Part shown: in pieces, positions 9,875 to 18,681 of the stretch
How positions within the stretch are numbered: the stretch's first letter is position 1
How the letters are laid out: each line of letters begins with the position of its first letter
IMG/VR virus record: IMGVR_UViG_3300031839_002042
Coordinates: 1-64,000 of that record
DNA: 64,000 nt
Strand: one strand, 5' to 3'
From: a virus
Position numbers and translations under genes: made by a program
The notes under the pieces: model-generated
Told to the model about the DNA's origin: nothing
Seen by the model: only the letters and a program-made list of their open reading frames with translations
The model's database searches: none

Positions 9875-10622
9875 AGCTGAAGGGATCAAGGAGGAAGAAC
9901 TTGCGCTAGTACTTGATGATTACCTGAGAAAATACATTGGAAAGAAAAATTCAGAAGCTTATTGGGAGCGTATCAGACTACAATCACTGGAAGAACAGCC
10001 AGTACCGACTACCCAGCAGATGAAAGATCATTTCCTTAAAACCTATGAAAACCGATTCAAAAGAGAGTTTGTATTGGATGAATACTCGGAGCCATTGATC
10101 AACCTGCTTTGCATGTACTTCACAAACAGTCCAAACTTCGAAAGAACAGAGGAAAACTACAGTTTACACAAAGGGATATTACTCCATGGGGACGTAGGGA
10201 CAGGCAAATCATCTATCATGTCCTGTTTCCGGAAGAATCCAAAGCAGAGCTACAGGGTTATGCCTTGTCTGGATGTGGCAGTAGAGTTTTCAAAGAATGG
10301 ATATGAAGCTATGACACCATTTTCCAGAGGGGCCAAAAATCCAGCTGCTCGGGAATATTGGAATCAATCCTTTTTCTCCTGGTGCTTTGATGATCTTGGA
10401 GTTGATTCAGAGAAAAAGCATTTCGGCAATGAATCCAATGTAATGGCTGACTTGATTCAGATGGTGTATGATTCACGGAGGTTATCTGGAAAGGTGCATT
10501 TTACCACGAATCTTTCTGCAGATCAGATCAAAAATGTTTACGGTAGTAGAGTGGCTAGCAGGCTAAGGGAAATGGTCAACATTATAGAGTTTCCAAAAGG
10601 AAGCCCGGACAGAAGAAAATAA
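9801..10622 (+). CDS. DnaC/IstB-like AAA+ ATPase, helicase loader
   Basis: Walker A LLHGDVGTGKSS and Walker B CFDDLG; overlaps the 3' end of the previous gene by 74 nt. Confidence 0.7.
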   Translation: MEKITTLLEKQLENPTLEVVLANCKAEGIKEEELALVLDDYLRKYIGKKNSEAYWERIRLQSLEEQPVPTTQQMKDHFLKTYENRFKREFVLDEYSEPLINLLCMYFTNSPNFERTEENYSLHKGILLHGDVGTGKSSIMSCFRKNPKQSYRVMPCLDVAVEFSKNGYEAMTPFSRGAKNPAAREYWNQSFFSWCFDDLGVDSEKKHFGNESNVMADLIQMVYDSRRLSGKVHFTTNLSADQIKNVYGSRVASRLREMVNIIEFPKGSPDRRK

Positions 10623-10745
10623 CTAATTACTACTGACAATTTATGACTTATGGTAAATGGTAAAATTGAAAAAAGTGATAATTAGAGCCATTGTTTAACC
10701 AAACAGCAATTTTATACACAATAAACCACTTAAACATTAGACAAA

Positions 10746-11060
10746 ATGAGCGATTACCTTTCTAAAGTCCGTCAATTTTTCCTAAACAACCACCAGATCG
10801 AAGTATCATCTGAGGACTTAGATGAAATCAAAAAAATCATTCTTACAGGAAGCCAAGCTCAACTGCAGCAGATTGAAGAAGGATTATGTCAAAAGCAAAG
10901 GGAGAACTGTGCCAAATCAATCAGCGAGGCATTGGATAAGTATTATCATCCTGGAATGAGTCTAATGGAAATTCAAAAAATAGTGCAGAACGTAGCGTCT
11001 AATAGGGCCGAGACTCCTAACGTCACTGACACTGTAAGATTTTTAATAGTTGGCTCGTAG
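10746..11060 (+). CDS. hypothetical protein
   Basis: 104-aa ORF after a 120-bp AT-rich gap. Confidence 0.45.
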   Translation: MSDYLSKVRQFFLNNHQIEVSSEDLDEIKKIILTGSQAQLQQIEEGLCQKQRENCAKSISEALDKYYHPGMSLMEIQKIVQNVASNRAETPNVTDTVRFLIVGS

Positions 11061-11083
11061 CAATCAATCAAATCAATCAGGAA

Positions 11084-11308
11084 ATGGAAAAAACACTATC
11101 ACCAGCTGTGGAGAAATCCCGGTTAAAGCTCAGGATCGATTCAAAGATTCGGGAGATCAATCAAAAGATAAAGCATTTGGAACAGGATAAAGAGATCCTG
11201 GAATACGGATTAAGGAATCTAGAAGCAAATGAATTTGACTTATGGAAATGCAGCTTTGTTAAAAGCGATGTGATGAACTTAATCGGAAAGGAGGAATCCA
11301 ATGGGTAA
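11084..11308 (+). CDS. hypothetical coiled-coil protein
   Basis: 74 aa; CAATCAGGAAATG start context; ends in ...KEESNG, encoded by the SD of the next gene. Confidence 0.45.
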   Translation: MEKTLSPAVEKSRLKLRIDSKIREINQKIKHLEQDKEILEYGLRNLEANEFDLWKCSFVKSDVMNLIGKEESNG

Positions 11309-11537
11309 TCACGCTAACCATCCTTTATCTGAGGATTGGACTAAACCTGTGAATGATGTGGTGTCGATGCCAGACCATTTGGATCCATTATTCAATAAGC
11401 TAGGTATGCAACTTAGATTCCACACCATAACTGGAATAAGTGAGCAGGAAGCACTAATACGAATGGTTCGAATAGCTGAGGAATTCTTTCTGGATCCATC
11501 AAAAAAGAAAACAGGAAAGGAGGCTTCAAATGTCTGA
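11301..11537 (+). CDS. hypothetical protein
   Basis: 78 aa; AAGGAGG SD 6 nt upstream; ends ...KEASNV. Confidence 0.45.
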   Translation: MGNHANHPLSEDWTKPVNDVVSMPDHLDPLFNKLGMQLRFHTITGISEQEALIRMVRIAEEFFLDPSKKKTGKEASNV

Positions 11538-11685
11538 TTCCAAAAAATACACTATGCCATGGAGAGTAATTACTCCAGCAGGGTATATCTATGTAGAGTA
11601 CGCATCCGATTGTTTGGAGTATAAAAAAAACTACTGGTATGCGTATGGTAAAAATCCTGATTACAAAGGAGGTAGCAATGGATAA
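11530..11685 (+). CDS. small ORF (51 aa) not in the ORF track
   Basis: ATG at 11530 sits 6 nt after AAGGAGG, the ORF reads MSDSKKYTMPWRV...DYKGGSNG* and the stop overlaps the next SD/ATG, following the same junction pattern as its neighbours. Confidence 0.35.
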   Translation: MSDSKKYTMPWRVITPAGYIYVEYASDCLEYKKNYWYAYGKNPDYKGGSNG

Positions 11686-12136
11686 AGCACTAACAGTAAA
11701 AAACCCTTGGGCATGGCTAATTGCTCAAGGAATCAAGGATATTGAAAACCGTACTTGGAGAACTAACTTTAGAGGGAGGGTTTATATTCATGCAGCAGCC
11801 GTATGTGATCAAAGAGAAAGAACAATAAACAGATTATTTACTCCTGAACAAAGATTGGATTTAGATGCGAAAATGACTGATGAAATGATTCATGAATCAA
11901 GGTTATTTCCTATATCCCAAATCCTTTGCTCAGTAGAAATAATTGATTGTGTCATGGATCATTCCAGTATTTGGGCTGAAAAAGGCCGAGACGAACGAGA
12001 AAAGCAAATTTGGAACTGGGTTTTAGCCAATCCTCAGCCAGCACCGCAGTATGAGGGACTGAAGATCAAAGGAGCCCTTTCTTTCTGGGATGTGACAGAG
12101 GATAGAATAATCAGGGAGGAGGCATCAAATGGATGA
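11678..12136 (+). CDS. ASCH-domain protein (PUA-like fold)
   Basis: MDKALTVKNPWAWLIAQGIKDIENRTWRTNFRGRVYIHAA is a good ASCH N-terminal signature. ATG 11678 has an AAGGAGG SD; the track start 11639 is probably too early. Confidence 0.6.
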   Translation: MDKALTVKNPWAWLIAQGIKDIENRTWRTNFRGRVYIHAAAVCDQRERTINRLFTPEQRLDLDAKMTDEMIHESRLFPISQILCSVEIIDCVMDHSSIWAEKGRDEREKQIWNWVLANPQPAPQYEGLKIKGALSFWDVTEDRIIREEASNG

Positions 12137-12455
12137 TGTTTCAAAAAAAATAGAAGCAGTAAATAAGCTTGAAAAAGAGGTAAATGAATTGAGATATTAC
12201 TTACTCACAATTGACCCTATGAAGCAAGTTAAAAGGGGAATTGGTAATGATATAAACATAGTTCTTCAATGTGTGACAACTAAGAAATTTGCTATTTCTG
12301 CATCAAGGTGGATTGGGTTAGGGCATCATGAGTCAAAAATTGAAATACCTGATACTCTTTTGGAAAAATACTATTCAATTGCAAAAGATCATTTAAAAGA
12401 ACTTGAGCAAAAATTGGAAGAATTAGTAAATGGAAAGGAGGTATCAAATGTCTAA
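12129..12455 (+). CDS. hypothetical protein
   Basis: 108 aa; SD GGGAGGAGG upstream; ends ...KEVSNV. Confidence 0.45.
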   Translation: MDDVSKKIEAVNKLEKEVNELRYYLLTIDPMKQVKRGIGNDINIVLQCVTTKKFAISASRWIGLGHHESKIEIPDTLLEKYYSIAKDHLKELEQKLEELVNGKEVSNV

Positions 12456-13326
12456 AGACACAAAAATCCAATGGACAGATGTTACCTGGAACATTGCAGT
12501 AGGATGCACCAAGGTAGATGAGGATTGTAAGTACTGCTATATGTACCGTGGGAGTTTGAACAATACCCGATACGACCCAAAAGTAGTTAGGAAAACAAAG
12601 ACCGTTTTCAATCTGCCTCTAAAGATCAAGGAACCATCCAAGATATTTGTTTCTAGTCTGACAGATGTATTTCATCCAGAGTGCGACAGCTTCAGAAATG
12701 AAATGTGGGATATAATCAGAAAATGTCCTCAGCATACTTTCCAGATCCTCACCAAACGTCCAGAGAGGATCAGAGAACACCTACCAGCAGACTGGGGCGA
12801 TGGTTGGGATAATGTTTGGTTGGGTACCAGTGTAGGGAGTATGAAAGGTAGGCATCGAATTAATGAGCTGCTTATGGCTCCAAAAGCAAAGGTTAAATTT
12901 CTTTCATTAGAACCTCTTCATGAAAAGGTTTATTTAACAAGCATTAAGGAGTACTGTGATCCATGTTATTCATTTACAACTAACTCATTGACAGGTATAA
13001 CTTCAGAATGGGATGCAATGGGAAAAGGTGGAATTTATGACCATGGAAGTACACAAGGAGATAAAATAGACTGGGTGATAGTAGGCGGAGAATCTGGGAA
13101 TGAAAATGGGAAATACCAATATAGGCCATGTGAATTTGAGTGGATTGAATATGTCGTAAATGATTGTAAGTATGCCGGTGTTCCTGTATTCGTAAAGCAA
13201 CTAGGCACCCACTTAGCCAAGGAATTGAAGCTAAAAGACCGTCACGGTGGAGATATTACCGAGTGGCCAGAAAGTTTACAGATCAGGGAGTTTCCAGTAG
13301 AAAGGAAGGGGGTGGATTATGTGTAG
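12448..13326 (+). CDS. phage Gp37/Gp68-family protein (DUF5131)
   Basis: MSKDTKIQWTDVTWNIAVGCTKVDEDCKYCY matches the PF07505 N-terminus (IEWT..tWNp..GC...s.gC..CYA); ATG 12448 has an AAAGGAGG SD. Confidence 0.7.
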   Translation: MSKDTKIQWTDVTWNIAVGCTKVDEDCKYCYMYRGSLNNTRYDPKVVRKTKTVFNLPLKIKEPSKIFVSSLTDVFHPECDSFRNEMWDIIRKCPQHTFQILTKRPERIREHLPADWGDGWDNVWLGTSVGSMKGRHRINELLMAPKAKVKFLSLEPLHEKVYLTSIKEYCDPCYSFTTNSLTGITSEWDAMGKGGIYDHGSTQGDKIDWVIVGGESGNENGKYQYRPCEFEWIEYVVNDCKYAGVPVFVKQLGTHLAKELKLKDRHGGDITEWPESLQIREFPVERKGVDYV

Positions 13327-13618
13327 CACTAAATGGTACCAAATCCAACTTTTTAAAAAGGGTAAAATTGAGATTTTCCAGAATGTATTTCATCATAGGA
13401 CATCAGTTGAAGAAGGTGAAACATACATTGAAATTCATCATTCAAGAATTCATAATATAGGACTGAAAACCTTATCAACAAGGAAAATTAGTGATTGTTA
13501 TGACGTAAAAATTATCAATGAACCTGACTATGAGTTAAAGACTGAGTTTCCAAAGGATATAGAGATAGTCATTCATTCAACAAGAAGAAAGGAGGTTGAA
13601 AATGGCGGTTTACGTTGA
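13319..13618 (+). CDS. hypothetical protein
   Basis: 99-aa ORF; SD-like AGGAAGGGGG upstream. Confidence 0.4.
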   Translation: MCSTKWYQIQLFKKGKIEIFQNVFHHRTSVEEGETYIEIHHSRIHNIGLKTLSTRKISDCYDVKIINEPDYELKTEFPKDIEIVIHSTRRKEVENGGLR

Positions 13619-13883
13619 TGATATGTATAAGCTTTCAATTGGTCAATTCGGTAGAATGAAGATGTCTCACATGATTGCTGACAGTCATGAAGAACTTGTG
13701 GAAATGGCTGATAAGATTGGTGTACAAAGAAAGTGGATTCAATACAAAGGATTGCCAAATGAGCATTTTGATGTATCGATGTCGGCTCGAAAAAAAGCCG
13801 TTGAAAATGGAGCTATTGAAATTAGCTATCGTGAACTTGGGGAAATGGTTATGAAAAGAAGAAAGGAGGCCGATCATGGCTAA
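13602..13883 (+). CDS. DUF4031-family protein
   Basis: MAVYVDDM...GRMKMSHMIADSHEEL...NEHFD is characteristic of DUF4031. ATG 13602 follows AAAGGAGG; the track start is a TTG at 13596. Confidence 0.6.
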   Translation: MAVYVDDMYKLSIGQFGRMKMSHMIADSHEELVEMADKIGVQRKWIQYKGLPNEHFDVSMSARKKAVENGAIEISYRELGEMVMKRRKEADHG

Positions 13884-14157
13884 AGTATGGCGAAAAGAAC
13901 ATCCTTTCCCATGGATCTGCAATGATAGTGAGGATGATTTCAGGGCAGACATGGGAGAATATCTTCTAAGAGTTGAGCATATGGACACTGGACACTGGTG
14001 GTGGAGAGTTTATTACATGGAAGAAGCAATTCCAACTGAATTAAACGAACACGCAACCACTAGGGACAATGCAATCGGGAGGGCTGAAGGGGTTTATTTG
14101 GCCCATAAGCTGATGAACAATAAAAATGAAATCAGATTCTTTAAATCATCCATCTAA
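13876..14157 (+). CDS. hypothetical protein
   Basis: 93 aa; AAAGGAGG SD 6 nt upstream. Confidence 0.45.
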   Translation: MAKVWRKEHPFPWICNDSEDDFRADMGEYLLRVEHMDTGHWWWRVYYMEEAIPTELNEHATTRDNAIGRAEGVYLAHKLMNNKNEIRFFKSSI

Positions 14158-14486
14158 TGAGCAAACTAGAACAAGCGCTTGATATTTACGCAAAACTGAA
14201 ACAATGCCGTGATACTTTGTATAAATTCTTTACCGTGATCAAAAGCACTGGAGAGCAGGAATATCAAGAACGGATTGGATTGTTTCAATGTGTATTGGAT
14301 GGAGCAATCCATAAGCATGGTTTACCAGGTATTCTCCAAGCTGCAATCAAGTTGGGGAATGAAACAGAAGATGGAATGGAAATGATCAACATTTTTGCTG
14401 CAGCTTATGAGGACCAGTCAGGGAATGATTATCGGGAGTATTATTTGGAGAAAAGAAGAAAGGAGCGTGAAAGTGGCAATCCTTAA
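14157..14486 (+). CDS. hypothetical protein
   Basis: 109-aa ORF whose start overlaps the upstream stop (ATGA). Confidence 0.45.
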   Translation: MSKLEQALDIYAKLKQCRDTLYKFFTVIKSTGEQEYQERIGLFQCVLDGAIHKHGLPGILQAAIKLGNETEDGMEMINIFAAAYEDQSGNDYREYYLEKRRKERESGNP

Positions 14487-14898
14487 TTATACAACCAAGA
14501 TAGATCCTATCAAAACCATTGGAGAGATCCAGAAGATTCTGGTTTCCCATGGTGCCAGGAAGATTGTTTCTGATTATGATGATGATGGTACTCCATGTGG
14601 ATTGACTTTCCAATTGATTGTACGGGATCAGGTGACAGCTTATTCACTTCCGGCAAACTGGAAAGGAGTACTTAGGGCAATGGAAAAGCAAAAAGTAGCT
14701 AAATCACTTCAAAATAAAGATCAAGCCGTCCGTGTTTCGTGGAGAATTGTCAAAGATTGGGTTGAAGCCCAGATGGCTATTGTAGAATCAGAATTAGCAG
14801 GGATGGCAGAGGTATTCCTTCCCTACACGGTCATGAAAACCGGTAATACATTGTATCAGGAAATAGAATCGGGTTCACTTAATAAACTATTAGGATGA
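14473..14898 (+). CDS. hypothetical protein (GTG start)
   Basis: Track ORF 14395..14898; GTG 14473 (or 14467) lies 7 nt after AAGGAG, matching the neighbouring junction pattern. Confidence 0.4.
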   Translation: MAILNYTTKIDPIKTIGEIQKILVSHGARKIVSDYDDDGTPCGLTFQLIVRDQVTAYSLPANWKGVLRAMEKQKVAKSLQNKDQAVRVSWRIVKDWVEAQMAIVESELAGMAEVFLPYTVMKTGNTLYQEIESGSLNKLLG

Positions 14899-15287
14899 AA
14901 GTTACCAAAATATACGGTTGTGAGGGACGTGGTGACGGTGATGAAGCCTACCTAACCAGGTATACCCTTTTTGAAAACAACAGGGTTAAGATCTGCATCC
15001 ATGTTTTCCATCGATCCGACTCAGATGAATTGCATGATCATCCTTGGAACTTTGTCTCGTTGATCTTATGGCAGGGATATCGAGAGCAGACCCATGCAGG
15101 GAAATCAAGGAAGTGGCCATTGATGCTACTGTTTCGCAAAGCTGAGCATGCACATAGAGTGGAGCTTATCAATGGAAAGAAAGCGGTTACACTTGTGGTG
15201 ATGGGAAAAAGAATCCGGAAGTGGGGATTCTTCACCAAACAAGGCTGGTTGGACTGGAATACTTACTTTTACAATAACAGATGTTAA
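14895..15287 (+). CDS. hypothetical protein with an HxH...DHPW His-rich motif
   Basis: 130 aa; the His cluster IHVFHRSDSDELHDHPW suggests a metal-binding site; family not recognised. Confidence 0.45.
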   Translation: MKVTKIYGCEGRGDGDEAYLTRYTLFENNRVKICIHVFHRSDSDELHDHPWNFVSLILWQGYREQTHAGKSRKWPLMLLFRKAEHAHRVELINGKKAVTLVVMGKRIRKWGFFTKQGWLDWNTYFYNNRC

Positions 15288-15607
15288 ATATGAAAAACAA
15301 CGACAGAGAATCAATTGATTTAGCATTATTAATTATGGAAGGAATGGCTCCAGTTGTGAGTTGTCTTAATGGATTCATTATTCTTGCTCAAGACAATAAA
15401 GACTTCAAATCAAAATGCAAAAAAATTATTGAAGGAGATAACGTTGGCTTTTATTCAGTGACCAATCTGCTAAATGAATGGGATAGCTTTAAAAAAGCTA
15501 ATTATTGGGAAAGTGAAGCGATAGATGTTGATAAAATTCTAATAGAAAGATTTCAAAAAATCCTACAAAACCGTGAACGTGACGGGGAAAGGGAGGGGTA
15601 TCGCTGA
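15281..15607 (+). CDS. hypothetical protein
   Basis: 108-aa ORF, last gene of the + strand early block before a terminator. Confidence 0.4.
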   Translation: MLNMKNNDRESIDLALLIMEGMAPVVSCLNGFIILAQDNKDFKSKCKKIIEGDNVGFYSVTNLLNEWDSFKKANYWESEAIDVDKILIERFQKILQNRERDGEREGYR

Positions 15608-15776
15608 GATTGAGCCTAGTAAGGCAATGGCTACGGCCTATAAGACCAGGAACACGCAACAGATAGTAAGTTAACGCCCCAATCATTAGAAAAAAGTATT
15701 ATATTTGAATGGTTCTCCTACATCCAAAGTAAGAGCGAGGGAGCCGACCAACAGTCAGCTTCTCCCCTTAAAAAAA

Positions 15777-15812
15777 ATCCCCACCTGATTCAGATGGGGG
15801 TTTTGTTTTTTG
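15777..15812 (+). terminator. rho-independent terminator closing the early + strand block
   Basis: TCCCCACCTGA-tt-CAGATGGGGG hairpin (9-bp stem, one mismatch) followed by TTTTGTTTTTT. Confidence 0.6.
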
Positions 15813-15951
15813 TTCCTGATTTACTTTTTACGATATTTTTATCCATTCAGCGATAGCTAATGAAACCGATACAATAAAAACCAGTGCGAAAAAGAAGAAC
15901 ATTACTTTTCCAATTAGGTATATAACCCTAAATATTTTAGGATCTAAATGA

Positions 15952-16740
15952 TCAGCTAACATTGGTATGGTTGATTAGTCCGTGAATAAACTCCCTTCCT
16001 TTCTGTGTCCAAACAGTATGAATTGCAGTATGGGGTTTTCCATCGCTACCTGTATAAGTATGGGTTCTTGTTTTAGTGTAGCCCATAGATTGATATCGCT
16101 GATATAACAACCATGTACCACCTTGTTTGTAAATAACCTTCAAATCTCTCAACTTTCTATTGAGACTTACAGCGGACATTCCAAGTTCTTTAGCAATTAC
16201 ATTAATGGAAATGCAGTCCTCAGTAGCTAATACCTTTTCATAGTACTGCACTTTGGGTTGAACCTTGGTAATTACCTGTCCTTGTAGCTCAATAGTCTTT
16301 CTATTTCGGTCAGCTTCCTGTTCGGCCAGCTTTCTTTTTTCCCGTTCATCCTTTAAGCTCTGGGCCATTTGAATAATAAGATCCGGATTAGCTATCAACT
16401 CTTCTGTTTTGGCAGCAGTCAGATAACCTCCATGCTTACGGATAGAAGGAAGCACCTCAGAAGTAACCCATTTTTTGAATGCTTTCGCTTCTGGTTTGTT
16501 TGAGCGAAGCACCAAAGAGTAAAGACCAGATTCGTTAATAATAATTACTGATTGTTCCCCTCCAAGGGTGTAAACTTTATTTACATCCTTTTCATCTTCA
16601 TCTAAGGAAGATACAGCCATTCTTGGGTTTGAATGATTCAAAACATCACATACATCTTTAGCAACAAACCATGGTTCACCATCTTGGTCTATCACACGTA
16701 GTGAAGAACCGTTGAAATCAAAGGATTGGATATCAGACAT
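15952..16740 (-). CDS. phage antirepressor (Bro-N domain + KilA-C domain)
   Basis: MSDIQSFDFNGSSLRVIDQDGEPWFVAKDVCDVL...LDEDEK is a classical Bro-N motif. The C-terminus NVIAKELGMSAVSLNRKLRDLKVIY...GYTKT matches KilA-C. The start is taken at the internal Met. Confidence 0.8.
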   Translation of the reverse strand: MSDIQSFDFNGSSLRVIDQDGEPWFVAKDVCDVLNHSNPRMAVSSLDEDEKDVNKVYTLGGEQSVIIINESGLYSLVLRSNKPEAKAFKKWVTSEVLPSIRKHGGYLTAAKTEELIANPDLIIQMAQSLKDEREKRKLAEQEADRNRKTIELQGQVITKVQPKVQYYEKVLATEDCISINVIAKELGMSAVSLNRKLRDLKVIYKQGGTWLLYQRYQSMGYTKTRTHTYTGSDGKPHTAIHTVWTQKGREFIHGLINHTNVS

Positions 16741-17032
16741 GGCCCACCTCCATTCTATGAGCATTTTCAGCTGACTTGAAAAACTGTGATAACTGACGGT
16801 AGTGAAAAACCACCTTAGCCCGGTATTCTGATTCAGTGTTGTCTGAATCTTCTGAACCTACCCAGCTAAAGAATAAATCGTCTAAAATTTGACTTGTCTC
16901 TTTAAGGTCAACCTCCCGAGAAAGTGATGAAACAAGTTCTGCTTTTTTGTGTTGGCCGAAGATGGCGCTTTCTGAAGTAATCATAATAAAAGGATTTTTA
17001 GCATTTAGATGATCCGCATCCAACGGAGGCAC
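16733..17032 (-). CDS. hypothetical small protein upstream of the antirepressor
   Basis: 99-aa track ORF overlapping the antirepressor start by a few nt; weak. Confidence 0.3.
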   Translation of the reverse strand: MPPLDADHLNAKNPFIMITSESAIFGQHKKAELVSSLSREVDLKETSQILDDLFFSWVGSEDSDNTESEYRAKVVFHYRQLSQFFKSAENAHRMEVGHV

Positions 17033-17312
17033 ATTAAAAAAAGGACGGTGCCCACTTCCCGTTGCTAAGTGATCCTCTCGGGCACTGACATAGCCATTAC
17101 AGCACAGTCACGGGGTTAGGCACCGTTTATCAATGGGCATAAAAAAAGCCCTTAATAAAGATTAGGGCAGAACATCCACCCGAGTTAAATCACTTAGCAT
17201 TTCAAACATCTGATTTATTTTTCTGAAAAACAAGTATTTGAGATAAATTATTAACTGACAGTTGTAAAAAATAATCAAACATGGTATAATTCGATTCATT
17301 TTACTTCTAAAT

Positions 17313-17660
17313 ATGGATTTAAGACTTTTTGTTCTCATTGGAATAGTAGCCTGTGCTATTATGGTTATCACCTACTACAATCTTGCGCTTAAGAATGGAT
17401 GGCCTGTAGGATCTTTCTTTCAGCCAAACAGAATGTTGGGAGCAAAGATTTTTATAGCTATTACTGCTATTTATTTCTGTATAGCAGCAGGAATTGATTA
17501 CGGTTGGTATTATTCTTTAATAACTCCAGTAGTGGCTTTTTTCATTGCTTTTATTATGAACATGGTTTTCAAGATAAAAGTACAATGGGTGTCACTTATT
17601 GGTTTTTTCGTTTTGTTGATAGTGAATATTCTTATTCAGATTCAAATATTACCAATCTAA
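17313..17660 (+). CDS. four-TM membrane protein
   Basis: 115 aa with four hydrophobic helices, convergent with the XRE regulator; a candidate superinfection-exclusion or abortive-infection protein. Confidence 0.5.
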   Translation: MDLRLFVLIGIVACAIMVITYYNLALKNGWPVGSFFQPNRMLGAKIFIAITAIYFCIAAGIDYGWYYSLITPVVAFFIAFIMNMVFKIKVQWVSLIGFFVLLIVNILIQIQILPI

Positions 17661-17881
17661 CCACCTTGTTCCAGTAAACTCAGTTCCAAATTAATTTCTC
17701 CCAACACCTGCAGTAGCTTACCTAGTGTTGGCACTTTGGATCCATTCTCTATTAAGGATAAGTAAGTCTGCGTGATTCCTACACGTTCGGCTAATTCACC
17801 TTGTGTTAAAGCGAGGGCTTTTCTACGGTTTTTGATAACCTCCCCGATAACAGGGAGGTTTTTTAGATTGATTACCACCAT
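17657..17881 (-). CDS. XRE-family HTH transcriptional regulator
   Basis: LALTQGELAERVGITQTYLSLIENG is a canonical XRE/Cro-CI HTH. Confidence 0.75.
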   Translation of the reverse strand: MVVINLKNLPVIGEVIKNRRKALALTQGELAERVGITQTYLSLIENGSKVPTLGKLLQVLGEINLELSLLEQGG

Positions 17882-18021
17882 AACGTTGCGTTTGTTTTGA
17901 TGATTTCAACAGTAGCTGCAGACAGAGCAAAGGCAAAGCTGGTAGCGAAGATCCAGAAGGCTACTTTTCCAAGCGTTTCGATTACCTTCATGGTTTGTGG
18001 ATTTGCATTTTCGATTCTCAT
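17872..18021 (-). CDS. small membrane ORF (49 aa) not in the ORF track, cotranscribed with the XRE regulator
   Basis: Reads MRIENANPQTMKVIETLGKVAFWIFATSFAFALSAATVEIIKTNATLWW*. The ATG is preceded by CAAATCAGGAATC and the stop overlaps the regulator start (ATGGTGGTAA). Confidence 0.35.
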   Translation of the reverse strand: MRIENANPQTMKVIETLGKVAFWIFATSFAFALSAATVEIIKTNATLWW

Positions 18022-18078
18022 GATTCCTGATTTGTTTTTGATTGATAATTGATTGATTCAAGGATTGATTAGGTCCTT

Positions 18079-18264
18079 TTAGTTTAGATAAAGTTCTACG
18101 GCCAGTTCGATTAGTGTGTCCACATCATCTTCTATTGCAGTGTGATCCACCTCAGTTCTACCACATTCTGTGATTACCACTTCATACATAGTACTGGTAT
18201 CTCCATTAGTGATAGTGACCTCAATAAGTCCATTGTTTGGATTTTCATTTACTGTGATTGTCAT
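18079..18264 (-). CDS. small acidic protein
   Basis: The internal Met (MTITVNEN...) is preceded by the recurrent CAATCAGGAATC motif; the track start 18303 reads through that motif. Confidence 0.4.
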   Translation of the reverse strand: MTITVNENPNNGLIEVTITNGDTSTMYEVVITECGRTEVDHTAIEDDVDTLIELAVELYLN

Positions 18265-18312
18265 GATTCCTGATTGATTAAAAGTGAGCTCCCGAAGGAG
18301 CATTGATTTAGT

Positions 18313-18681
18313 TTAACAATAGATAATTTCATTGAAGATTGCCCATTGAATTAAGCAGTCTGTAGTTTCTGCATCCCCTTGCTCGTTTAAAAAGTCATCT
18401 GCATGCCTTTTCATTTCAGGGTGATTAAAAGCCTTATTAATTTTATCTAATGAAACTTCACCTAAAGTTTCGCTGAGATCTTCTGAGTCCACTATCTGGA
18501 TAGATAACCCATCACAAAGGTATTCAGCCATTATTTCAGCGAAAGATGATCCGCTTGGATATACTTTGTGCTTTCTAATAACACTTTTTGTTTCAGGATG
18601 TAGATCTAACCAATAGTTCGATCCACCTTCCCAAACAGTGACCATAAAATCTTCAAGTTGTGATTTAGTAAGTTTTACCAT
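18313..18681 (-). CDS. hypothetical protein
   Basis: 122 aa; ATG preceded by CAATCAGGAATC. Confidence 0.5.
   Translation of the reverse strand: MVKLTKSQLEDFMVTVWEGGSNYWLDLHPETKSVIRKHKVYPSGSSFAEIMAEYLCDGLSIQIVDSEDLSETLGEVSLDKINKAFNHPEMKRHADDFLNEQGDAETTDCLIQWAIFNEIIYC

Noticed and set aside
10109-10306. Nested + strand 65-aa ORF inside the DnaC-like gene
   Set aside because: Alternative frame within a gene bearing Walker A/B motifs; no independent signal.
13263-13460. ORF 13263-13460 and other short alternative-frame ORFs in the 13-15 kb block (13003-13220 -, 13635-13988 -, 14386-14613 -)
   Set aside because: They overlap tightly SD-coupled + strand genes and lack SD or ATG context themselves.
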